This document shows positions 48,087-59,850 of a DNA stretch of 64,000 nucleotides, one piece after another; position 1 is the first letter of the stretch; each line of letters opens with the position of its first letter. The translations under genes were made by a program, and so were the position numbers. Source of the DNA: Azolla caroliniana. Lineage: Eukaryota; Plantae; Polypodiophyta. The DNA is taken from the NCBI GenBank assembly GCA_043228905.1, contig JBHGNT010000015.1:5208001-5272000 (forward strand), written 5' to 3'. The notes under the pieces were generated by a model. That model had not been told where the DNA came from and did no database searches. It saw only the letters and a program-made list of their open reading frames with translations.

Positions 48087-49209
48087 TGTGGTGTGCATGT
48101 GTTCCTTTGTGCCACCCTTTTAGCTCACCCTTTTTAGGATGCATGTGCTCAAGTTGGCCCACCCTTTTAGCACACCCTGTTTAGCCAAGCCAACCCAAAT
48201 GGGTTTCGTTGTATCAACTATAAATTGATTAAGAAGTAAGAAGCTAAGTAGACTGGTTTTGATCTCTTATGTGCATTTCACATATTGGTGGAGATGTGGG
48301 GTACCAGTCCCCCACATCCAAGCATCCGCCTCTTCCGCTTCGTAGGTAGCATCACCCTCACCACCATCATCGACACTCTTGTTAGTCTCTTGTAGTAGTA
48401 TCTCTTCTATTAGCACCGCCTTAGTTCACTAGTTAGGCCTCCCAATATTCACCGCTTCATCATCAACATCGCTTCATTGTCTCTATTTTTTAGTTTCTTT
48501 CGTGTTCGTGTTCGTGTTCTAGTTCCCGATGAGGGCCGCACAAGGCCACTCACACTCCCGTTGGTGTTCGTGTTCTAGTTCCTGGTGAGGTTCGCACAAG
48601 GTCACTCACTCCCGTTGGTGTTTGTGTTCTAGTTCCCGGTGAGGGCCACATGGTCGCTCATGCCCGTTGGTGTTCGAGTTCCCGATGAGGGCCACACATG
48701 GTTGCTCACTCCCGTTGGTGTTCGTGTTCTAGTTCCTGGTGAGGGCCGCATGGTCGCTCACGCCCGTTCGTGTTCGAGTTCTCGATGAGGGCCGCACATG
48801 GCCGCTCACTCCCGTTCCTGTTCCTGTTCCCAGTGAGGGCCGCATGGTCGCTCACTCCCGTTTGTGTTCCAGTCTCCGGTGAGGACCGCACATGGCCACT
48901 CACTCCAACTATTGTTCGTGTTCCAACTCTCAACGAGAACCGTTCTAGTTCCCGGCAAGGACCACACATGGTCACACATGCCCCTTAATCTCTTGTTTCT
49001 CGCAGGGGGGAAATGTGGTGTGCGTGTGTTCCTTTGTGCCACCCTTTTAGCTCACCCTTTTTAGGATGCGTGTGCTCAAGTTGGCCCACCCTTTTAGCAC
49101 ACCCTGTTTAGCCAAGCCAACCCAAATGGGTTTCGTTGTATCAGCTATAAATTGATTAAGAAGTAAGAAGCTAAGTAGACTGGTTTTGATCTCTTATGTG
49201 CATTTCACA
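48087..49209 (+). mobile_element. TRIM (miniature non-autonomous LTR element): 196-bp LTRs 48087-48282 and 49014-49209, tRNA-Ala-type PBS, PPT, 4-bp TSD CTAT, internal minisatellite
   Basis: Near-identical TG...CA repeats. PBS TGGTGGAGATGTGGGGTA after the 5' LTR, AGGGGGGAAA before the 3' LTR. No coding capacity. Confidence 0.9.
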
Positions 49210-50633
49210 CTATGTTTATGTTCATTGTGCTTAGTTGATATATCGGTTGACCATCAACCATTTAACATTAAATGTTTACGAGATGTTTATTTATGTCAAT
49301 AAATTGGAGTTTATTAACTTATTCCTTGAAAAGACTTGCCACTATATGTGTCTTTTTTCCCTTTTACTCGTTTCATACATTTTATCTGAAAAAAGTAGCT
49401 TTAATGTGCAACTCTTTATTTACAATCCAAAAGCCCCATGATCCATGGAGACAATCTCACTTTTTGTTTTCTAGTTGCTTTAATGTAGTTCCTTTAGATG
49501 ATCTATAAGATTGATAGAGACCCTATGGGCTCCTAAATTTAACGAAGTCCCATGTGAATTTGTTGGTCAATTATGACCCATTCACACAACTTATGTGCTC
49601 ACGGTTACCATTCATCGAATTATTCAGTGTTTGTAAACTAATGGGCAAATTATGTGCATGATCATTGCTTCCATGGTATACGTGACCTGATGGATTCTTG
49701 TGTCTACGATGCAACATGACGCATGTGTGAAAGAGGCGCTCAATCTACTTGTTTTCCTTCTTGAATGTGGAAGAGGTGAGGGGGGGAGGGGACAACGACC
49801 CTTGAGACAAGGGGTTCTTGACATTGGAACCTTCCCTAAGATCAATCCCTCCAACTAGACAAGCAACATCAAGAAGTTGGATGGATCCCACACTTAAGAA
49901 AATGATAGATTGTGTACGCGTTTTTTTTTTTGGGGGGGGGGGGGACGGTGAAATAGAACTTCAAGAAGAAAGATAAAGTGTGACGGGATTGGGTTTATGT
50001 TTAGCAAGTGTCTTCCTTGGTTAGAATACAATAACTCGAACATGCAAAAAGTTGCATGATGGTATGATTGAGATATTATAAAGAGATATATGGACACACA
50101 CGTATTGCCCTGTATGTGAACACGTTAAAATATGGGACCCGATTGATAAGGAGATATGCATCATCCAGACAAAATATCTTTGTATTGGAGGTAGTACCAT
50201 ACACCAACAAATCGAGATATATAGGCTTGTCCACAAAATCCAAGAGTCGCGGGCTTACTTCAAAATGTCCTATCCAAAGTGCTTGCTAGAAAAGAGTACC
50301 AAGGTAGGAATGCATCCAAAAGAGACTATGTCCGGGTAAGCAAATTCATGCTAATCGGGCCACATGAATGTCCAAAGGACACCATGAAGAATGAATGCCC
50401 TCGGGAAGGGGCAGGGTTTTTTGAGAAGGATTTCAGTAGAGACGAAGATCTGCGAATGGATGCCCATTCGAAATCTATGTTATGCACATGCACACACACA
50501 CACACGCACGCGCGCGCACACACACACACAAAGGCACATGCCCAAAAGAAACAAAAAGAAAGGGTATGAATTTTGGGTGCCCGTGTTTTTTGTTTTTGGT
50601 TGCCCAAAGGGATGGGGGGTGCCCAAGTGGACT

Positions 50634-50798
50634 GCCACGTGGGCCGAAATGAATGCCACGTGGATGCTGAGCTGGCTTGGCTTGGGTATTCTTAAAATTT
50701 TTTAAACAGTGAGACATAAAACAAAAAACAATAGAAAAAGAAATCACGTGGTAATGGGAATGCGGAAATTTGGGACGAATCGCGGGGCGCCACGTGGA
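50634..50798 (+). promoter_or_regulatory. Cluster of four G-box/ABRE elements upstream of the OSCA gene
   Basis: GCCACGTGG at 50634, 50655 and 50789; CACGTGG at 50745. Confidence 0.65.
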
Positions 50799-50980
50799 TG
50801 GTGCCGGGCCGGGCCGGGCCGGCGCCTCAGGCAGGCAAAGGCCAGAATTCAAACGAAACGAAATGAAATGAAATTCAAACGAAACGAAATTCGCGGGCCA
50901 AAAGAGTAAAAAAAAAAAGAAATAAAAAAAAAAGAAAGAAGAAAGAAAAACAGTGCTGCGTGGGGGTAGGATGAGCTTTT

Positions 50981-51018
<38 letters not shown>

Positions 51019-51323
51019 ATTGAGAATTTAGTTATTAATTAATTTAGCCTTCACGCGAAATGGGACTGAAATGCAAGTGGGTGTGCAATTCGGAATGAAA
51101 TGAAATTCGGAATGCAATGAAATGAAATGAAATGAAATGAGATGAGATCGCGCGCACACACGGTTCATTAACACGCACAGAGATCAGAGCAGCAGGTAAA
51201 TCCATCAGTCACTCACAGTCAATACTCTTCTCTTTCTCTTCTTTTAGAACTACATACATACATATATATATGTATGTGCCGTTCTGCATTTCCTTCTACA
51301 CTGGGCCTCCTCCAAGCTTAAAT

Positions 51324-51519
51324 CCATAGCCATAGCCATAGCCATAAAGCCATAGCCATAGTCAGAGAACCATAGCCATAGGCATAAGCCATAGCCATAG
51401 CCATAGCCATAGCCATAGCCATAGCCATAGCCATAGCCATAGTCAGAGAACCATAGCCATAGTTAGCCATAAAGCCATAGCCATAGCCAGAGAACCATAG
51501 CCATAGCCATAGCCATAGC
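51324..51519 (+). repeat. (GCCATA)n hexamer repeat in the putative 5'UTR intron (51196-51795)
   Basis: Direct reading. Flanking CAG|GTAAAT donor and TTCCCTTTCAG acceptor are inferred. Confidence 0.8.
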
Positions 51520-51906
51520 TGTAGCTTCTTTCTCTTCAGTTCTTCTCCATCTCAACATGCGCCTCCTCCTAGCTTCGCCCACCCTCAATCAAACCCTTCC
51601 CCATCTCCCTCTCCATCTTCCCACAAACCCTTGCTCATCGCCACTGACTGACTGACTGGCTCCCACAGAATCCCTCCTGATTCTGTAATCTCTTGCGACT
51701 TACCTGCTTCCGCCCTGCGCCATACATATATGTATGCAAAAGTCTGATTCAAAGCAACCTGCGCACAGCCTTAAATTTCCCTGTTTCCCTTTCAGAGCTG
51801 AACATCTTCGCCATTGCTCCCCCGTTAATTGCCATTGCTGAGACGTGAAGCTGAAGATCCGAGACATTTTCCTGCTCGAATCGAACAAAAACCTTGATCT
51901 TTGGAC

Positions 51907-54900
51907 ATGGATACCTCTGGCTTCGTCACATCCCTCGTCACTTCCTTTATTATCTTCCTAGTTCTCCTGGCTCTCCATGCCCTCCTTTCTCGCCGCCCTG
52001 GTAATTATCTGGTCTATTACCCTAGCAAGATAATCAAGAACCTCTCTCCTCCTTCCAACCCTGGCATTTTCTCCTGGCTACACGAAGCTTGGTCTATCAC
52101 TGAGGAAGACATCATCAAACATGCTGGCCTCGATTCTGCCATATACATGAAGTTTCTTACATCTGGTAGCTATATACGTAACTTTTCCCTTGTCTACGTT
52201 TCTGGTAGCTTAATTCCCTGTGTCTTAAGTCCAGATTTCTAGTTTAGATCTGAAAATGTAAGTAATTGTTTTCCTTTCACATTTTTTTATGTGTTTAATC
52301 TGGTTGTTATGAGATCTTCTTCACATCAGAAATGTAACGATTAGCTTTCTTGTTTGATATGTCCATGTACAAATGGCTGTACACATTCGTTTGGACTGCA
52401 ATCAATTTCGATGTCTTAATTTGTCTATGTATAGACACAGTAATCTGGACGAAAGTTTTGTCATTTCTTATGTGAATGTGATGTGATATGTCCTGTGTTT
52501 AGTTATAATCTGAATTTTAAATATGAGCATTCTCATGCATTATCTGTGCTTTAATCGTAATCTGGGAGTTAAAATTTGCTCTGTGTTGGTATCCGAAAAT
52601 TTGGGAGAATCCGTTAATTTATTTTCTCTGATTTTGGATTCAATTACATTCCTGCAGCTCTCACCATTTGCCTGTACACGGCATTCTTCTGCGTGCCTGT
52701 GTTGATACCTATCTCCGGGACAGATAAGAATTTTGAGCTACAGAGCAAGGAGAATTCGACGGCATTTAGTGATTTCGACAAGATCGCAATGGGGAATGTG
52801 AAGGTAATGATTTAAAATGAGCGAGGCAGAGAAATACAAATGGAATGGAGTGAGAGAATTAATGGAATGGAACTGGTGCTTTAACTAATACAGGATAAGA
52901 GTGATCGTCTGTGGGCCTACGTAATTGGAGCTTACTGGGTGACCATAGCCACATTGTATGTTCTCTGGAAAACTTACAAGCATGTGGTGCTGCTAAGAAC
53001 ACAGGACCAATCTAATTCTCTCACAGCAAAACCAGAGCAATATGCTGTTCTTGTAAGGGATATCCCTATCCCACCCGTTGGTTCCATCGCTGAAGAGGTG
53101 GACAATTACTTCAGAGATCTGCATCCTGGAACCTACGAGAGCTCCATCATCGTTACAAATATGTCCAAGGTATAGTAAAAATATCATAATTTCCTCAGAT
53201 CTTTCCACAAGCAGAGACAATTGGTTTTTCTAATGCTAACCAGTAAGAAACCTTGGCTTTGCGTAACCAGAAAAAAACCATTAGGGTTTCGTATATGCCA
53301 GCACTAAGAAAGAAGTCTGGCTTTTCTGAAAGAAATCTTTAGCTCTTCAGTATTGTACCGATGCTTATAAGGAAATCAGTATATCTCAAGATTCCTACTT
53401 TAACTTCTGATGCTCTCTGTACTCTTTCAGGCTTCTAAGCTCTGGGGAGAGATGGAGGGATTTAGGAAGAAACTTGCTCATGCAGAGGCAGTCTATGAGG
53501 AGAAGAAGATTAAACCTACGCACAAGACAGGAACACTAGGTCTCTATGGACCTCAAGTAGACTCCATTGATTACTACAAAGAAGAGAAAGAGAAAAGAGA
53601 AGCAGCTCTCAAGGATGAGCAGAGCGTTGCACGTTCCCAGTCTCAGAAAGGCGCTGCTATTGTCTTCTTTAATAGCAGAGCTGCTGCCAATAGTGCATCT
53701 CAGGTAAAATCTGAGTCAAGAAGCAACTGATCGTTTTATGTGTAGCCATATTTTCTTAGTAATCCGTTCTATGAGTTCAATTCCTCGGAACTTATTAATG
53801 AATGCTCTTTAATTTAGTGATATGCTGCAGTTTAGCCATATTTTCTTCCATGCTCCATGAATTCTCATGTTAACTAGTTTCTCACTGTAATCACAAACTA
53901 ATTTTGCAGGCAATGCATAGCCCTTATGCGAATACATGGACCACCTTTGCGGCCCCTGAGCCTAGAGAAGTGATCTGGGGAAACCTCCCTATACCATTTG
54001 TTCAAAGACTCCTTCGACAAACTGTAGTCTATGTCGTGGTTGCACTGACAATCCTCTTCTACATGATCCCCATAGCTTTCATTTCAGCCATTATCGCCCT
54101 TAATAACCTGAAGAAGAAGCTACCATTCTTGGCCCCTGTGGTCGATATCGGCCCAGTCAATGCGATACTCCAAGCCTTTTTACCTCAGATTGTTCTCATT
54201 ATCTTCCTTTTCTTGCTTCCTCGTCTACTGTTGAAGCTTTCGACATTAGAGGGGATTCCCGCACAGAGCCATATCGATAGGGCAGCAGCTGGGAAATTCT
54301 TCTACTTCAATGTCTTCAATGTCTTCTTGGGTGTCACTATAGCCGGAAGTTTGTTCACCTCCCTTAAACAGATCCTCAGTGACCCTACTTCGATAGTTTC
54401 GTTGCTAAGCAAGTCCCTCCCTGGGCAAGCCACCTTCTTCATCTCATTTGTCGCCCTCAAGTAAGTCTTGAATTTTCTCCTCTAGTCGCACATTCCGCTT
54501 GAATTTCTATCTTTTGCATGTGTCTAATTTGTGTGCTTTGCCCCACTACCATATTACATTGGTTGAAAAAAACTGTATGTCAATGTCCAAGCCTTGTTAA
54601 AGGTATATGTGTATATGTTTGTGTGCCCAATGCCTGCAAATCATATCCTATCCATCTTGGCCATTTGGTTGGGTTTTCTCTCCAACAATCCGTTTTAATT
54701 ATGCTTGAAATGCCTATCATGACATTGGTGGGTACCATTTCTACCCTGATTTTGGAATGTTTGTAATCTGACATGCTGTCTGTAATCATTCTTTGTGGGC
54801 TTTCACATACATCACTGCAGTTCCCTCATTAAGTTTTCAAACCTGGTAATATAATGCTTTGCTCAAATATAGAACTCTAATCTTTCATTTTTGGATGGTT

Positions 54901-56035
54901 TACTAATGCAGGTTCTTTGTGGGTTATGGATTGACACTCTCGAGGGTAGTTCCACTCATCATCTTCCATTTGAAGAAGAGGTTTCTATGCAAGACTGAAG
55001 AAGAAATCAAAGATGCATGGGCTCCAGGGTCTTTCAACTATGCAACTTGTGTGCCTGGGGATATGCTCGTTCTGACCATCACTTTATGTTATGCAGTCAT
55101 AGCACCGCTGATTTTAATATTTGCCATCATCTACTTTGCATTGGGCTGGCTACTCATGCGGAATCAGGTAAAGCCAATCAATCTCCAGGGTCATCAATGT
55201 AATTCAATAAGAATGTCATGTTATACTGGGTTTTATTTATACTCCCATACACACCACACACACGTATACATACTGACTGGGCCATACATATACTTTGTAT
55301 ACACTTAATTTGGTGTTTAGATTAATCTAGATAGATTAGCCTGATATGTATGCAAGTGTGTCTCAATATTTGTTGAAGGATGAGGGATAGGAGACTGAAA
55401 GGGTTGTGTGTATGTAGTTCAGTTCCCATTATAGCATATATGAGACAATGGGGATAGGATGTGATAAAAGCATTCCCTCAATTAACAACACCCCGCCCAT
55501 CTCCCCCTTATATGGTTTGGTTTATGTCAAGTTAATGAAATGATTGGGGTACTTTGCTCCCTTGTGGCATCATTACAGGTTTATTTATATATGAAAAGCA
55601 TAATTAAGTGTCTTGTCTGATGAAATTTAGTCCTTTCCCTTTCCTTTTTGCTAGGCTCTCAATGTGGTGGTGCCGGTGTACGAGAGCGGAGGAAGGATGT
55701 GGCCTCACATCCATTCCCGGATACTAGCTTCTCTCTTCTTGTCCCAGCTCACAATGCTGGGCTATTTCGGGGTGAAGAGGTTCACGTATGTGCCATTTCT
55801 GATCCCGCCTCTGGTCGCTACCCTCGTGTTTGCGTACATATGCCGGAAGTTCTTCTACCCATCTTTCAGCGTATCGCCTCTCTCCGCTACTTGCAAAGAG
55901 CCGAAGATACCTCCTTCAATTCAATCCATCATTGAAGCCTATACCCCTCAGTGTCTTGCCTCCACCCTGAAACTCGATGTCGAGGCCGAGCCTACCAGGG
56001 GTAAGCAAGAAGATGGGGTCCTAGTGGATGAGTAG
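51907..56035 (+). CDS. ERD4: OSCA/CSC1/TMEM63-family (DUF221) calcium-permeable channel, ERD4/OSCA3.1-like, ~713 aa. Exons 51907-52165, 52658-52803, 52894-53169, 53431-53703, 53910-54460, 54912-55167, 55655-56035
   Basis: MDTSGFVTSLVTSFIIF...RRPGNYLVYYP, AGLDSAIYMKF, KPEQYAVLVRDIP, AAIVFFNSR, APEPREVIWGNL, LPGQATFFISFVALK and YESGGRMWPHIH. All introns GT-AG; exons join in frame (2142 nt). Confidence 0.95.
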
Positions 56036-58119
56036 TTTAGTTGTTGGCCAACTCATTTGCTTCATTAGAGAATATGGACAGATTTTCACTATTCTCTTGT
56101 TGTAACATACAATCTGGATTATTCATATTCAATTCATTCCATCATCTCCTTTGTTGTAATGATTCCTTTATTATTATTATTATTAGTTAGCTATAGCTAG
56201 ATCCTTCCTTACTTTCTTTATTATATCTTCTTATCCACCTTGTACCCTTAGCCTCTCCGACTACTCTTTTTATCTATTCAATTTCCACTCAAATTTGTTT
56301 TTTGAGCGCTTGGCTCCTCTCTAGAGGGGGGGAGGGGTCCATACTATTGTCACCAACAAACTCTTAATGTAAAACTCATATTATGAATGAAGAAATAGTC
56401 GCGCTTTTATTTATTTGTTTTAACGACCGATATCACAATAGCTGTCTCTCTTCTTCTTGCTAACGTTAACAAAATCGATCTATAAAAGCTAAGTCATCGC
56501 TACATTTGCATACAAAAAAAGGAGTGTTATGTGATGTGATGCGCACATGACATCTTGTCGCGACACTTGTGAAAAGGCGGGGGAGGGGGACAATACATCA
56601 TCACATTGTGCTTTTGCATGTAATATCTTGTTTGTTTGCCAGGGTGTCTGGGGTGCCCTTTACGGCCTTGAAAGCACGAAAAGAGTGTCTTGTTTCCCTC
56701 ACTACTTTCCATTAAATCTATTGATACTCATCAGATCCATTATTTGCTTGACACCTTGTCTTTTCTCCAACGGTCAATCCTTTCTTTTTCTTTATTGCTT
56801 GCAATCATGTCAACTTATTGTTACCACGGATTCATTCCAATGATTTACTATATTACTATATCAACGGATGTAAGATATGCCCAAGGAAGTGGGGAAAACA
56901 AGTATTTATAAATTCAATGATAATCCTGTGCATCGAGTTGATGTACTCTTTGGCCTTTTTGGTGAAAGTGGATGTGGGTAAGTTTATGGTTCCTCGACAA
57001 CATTTTTATGTCGGTAGACACAAATAAAGTTTCTGTAGTTTCCTTTACATGGTTGTATTAAATGCCGCATCCTAATTGCTAAATCTAGTTCCTTGGAGGT
57101 GGTATGTATGTGTTTTCTTTTGTTAAAAAAGTGTGTAGGCAAGGTGTATGGTGCTTCGCCAACCTTGGCACCTATATATCTCATTCATTCAATGAACAAG
57201 TGATTGAGTGAGACACGTGGGATCACCCATTTGTCCCAAGGCCAAATTAATGAACAAGGGATTGAAGTGCAGTCAAATCACAATATCAATTCCACAATGC
57301 AAGTTGAAAGAACAAACCAACTTTGTCGAGGTAACATTTCAATTTGGTCAAAGGAACAATGTTTTGGCAACGTTATGTATGGATTTGTTTGGTGTGGGTT
57401 ATCCACACATGAAATCGTTGTTACTGATATAGAGACAAAGAAATTAAGATGTACATATTATAGTCTTTTAAATTTGAGATAATTTAGAAACACTTATCAA
57501 GGATACACATGTGTGAGTTGTGAGCTCTAGAAACTGTAAGCATGTAGATCCTTTTTTCCCCCCATAAAAACTATACTCCATTGGTATTAAAATTAACAAT
57601 GCCAAAGGCAATCTACAAATTGTACATAATAGTTTCCACTCCACAAGTAACTATCATAAAAAGGACCAAATATAAACAATGGCATTTGGCAAGATAAGGC
57701 TATTTATATCCATGAAAACTCTCTCAGCCTTTGCCAACAAGACCCATTCTCAACATATATAAACAAATTCCTGCGGTCCAAGAGAATACATATCTTTAGC
57801 TATCTTGGTGGTAATCCTAGTCAACATACCCTGGCTAGTAGTCTAAAAACTCCATGTTTGCATTTGGTTCCACATATACTGAAGTTGTTTACCATCACCT
57901 GGCTGTCCACTAGGTGATGCTATTTGACAAATGTTTGGTACACAACAGTTGAAGACACAAAAGTAGTCCATGTTGCACTTGACGCTTGGGGTAAAACGTG
58001 ATGGGCTACCTTGGATAACCCCCATCTATCATCTCCCATATCAAAATGACCATGTCCTTCATCTCCACTAAAATTGAAAATGTACTTGTAATTAATCTCC
58101 CTATAAAACAAGATGAACT

Positions 58120-59340
58120 ATGTCCTCCTCACCTCACATCATCTGCTTCGATTCCCACACCATCTTCACTCAACCTTAACATTAAACAAAATTATGCTTC
58201 ATTCGGTCTGCATCAACCATCTCGCCGCTTACTACCAAGGTCCTATACACATAACAACAAAATGAGTCTAGTATGATTCTCATCCCCTCATGATCTGCTT
58301 CGGTCCCCCCCACCATCATCACTCCTAAAAACAGTCAAATTGCTTCATTCAGTCCACATCAACCATCTCACCGAATACCACCAATGTCAAATGCAAATAA
58401 CAACAAAATAAATGAAAAATGGTTCCTCATCCCCTCATGATCTTTTATAGCCCTCACACCAACACCACTCATCCTCTCGTCATGACAAACATGCTTCAAA
58501 CCCCACTGCCATCATCCCACAACCTATGAGAACCATAATATCTTCTTAACTTAGCCCATATCTGGAGCATCTCGTTGACCCTCTTGCCATCACATTGATT
58601 ACCGCGATCTTGTATTGACAGCCAAAAATGAGTGAAAAAAAAATCCTCACCTTCTCATAATAATCTGCTTCAGCCCCCACACCAACATCACTCATCCTGA
58701 TCACAAAAACAGAAAACCAGCTTCCTCATGTCCCCATCCACCATCTCGCTATCTTCGATTATCTCAAGATTCCCGCCTATTCCCGCTAAAATCCACCAAG
58801 GTCTTGTGCAAATAACAAAAAATAAGTGAAAAATGTTTCCTCATCCCCTCATGATCTGCGACAACCCTCACACCATCACCACTCATCCTCTTGACATAAC
58901 AAATATGCTTCAAACCCCATCGCCATCATCCCTCAACCTATGAGAACCATAACATCTTCAGAATTCAGCCCACATATGAAGGAAGCATCTTGCTGACCTT
59001 CTTGCCATATCCTTGATTACCTCGAAAATCCTGTACTAACAGCCAACAAATGAGTGGAAAAAAATTCCTCACCTTCTCATAATAATTTGCTTCAGCCCCC
59101 ACACCAAAATCACTCATCCTGATCACAAAAATAGAAAACCAGCTTCCTCATGTCCACATCCACCATCTCGCTGTCTTCGAATATCACAGGAATTCCGTTG
59201 AAATCCTGTACTAATAGCCAAAATTGAGTCAAAAAAATTTCCTACCTTCTTATACTACACTACTTCAGTCCCCACAACATCATCCCTCATCCTCAAGTCC
59301 ACATCCATCATCTGGCTATCTTCGATTATCATCAACACCT
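58120..59340. repeat. Higher-order minisatellite: ~420-bp unit built from cctcatcccctcatgatctgcttc...cacaccatcatcactcatcct subunits
   Basis: 58395-58810 is repeated at ~58815-59200, with shorter related subunits on either side. Confidence 0.75.
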
Positions 59341-59850
59341 TGTACATTAAAAGAGCCTTCCTACATGCTGCAACCGCCTCCTCCATGTTGACTCATGTTG
59401 TGTGCAGTAAGAATGGTGCCGGTGGCAGGAACAACCAACGAGGTGGTACATAGTTCCACCTAACCTTTGTGCCTGTATCCAACGTTATAGGAATAGTTGA
59501 CCACACTCATCGAATTCTCCTTCTTTTTCGAATAGATTTGTTTCCAGAACCCTTATAATTGTCATAATCACCTTTAACTATATGTACCAATAAGTTCCAA
59601 AAAGACTTTACTTGATCCACAACGTGACTGTTTTCATCATTGTATAACTTAGAACACCTAGCTTTCCAAAGAACCCATAGAGCTAACGAGGAGATAATCT
59701 GCCAAACATAACTCTGCGAGAAGAACTTGATTCCCTGCAAGGAGCTTGAAGTAGAATATACTTGAAAACTTCTTACATGTAAAGACAAGGAAGAGTGATG
59801 ATAATGATAAAAAGCCCATTGTTGATCCAACATTCCCTAGAAGACTACAC
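59340..59850 (-). mobile_element. LINE (L1-like) ORF2 3' fragment
   Basis: WQIISSLALWVLWKARC motif, homologous to the C-terminus of ORF 63426-63995. Confidence 0.65.

Noticed and set aside
48500-48970. CRISPR-like array (also considered for 10660-10875)
   Set aside because: Contiguous tandem repeats without unique spacers, inside plant LTR elements, with no cas genes.
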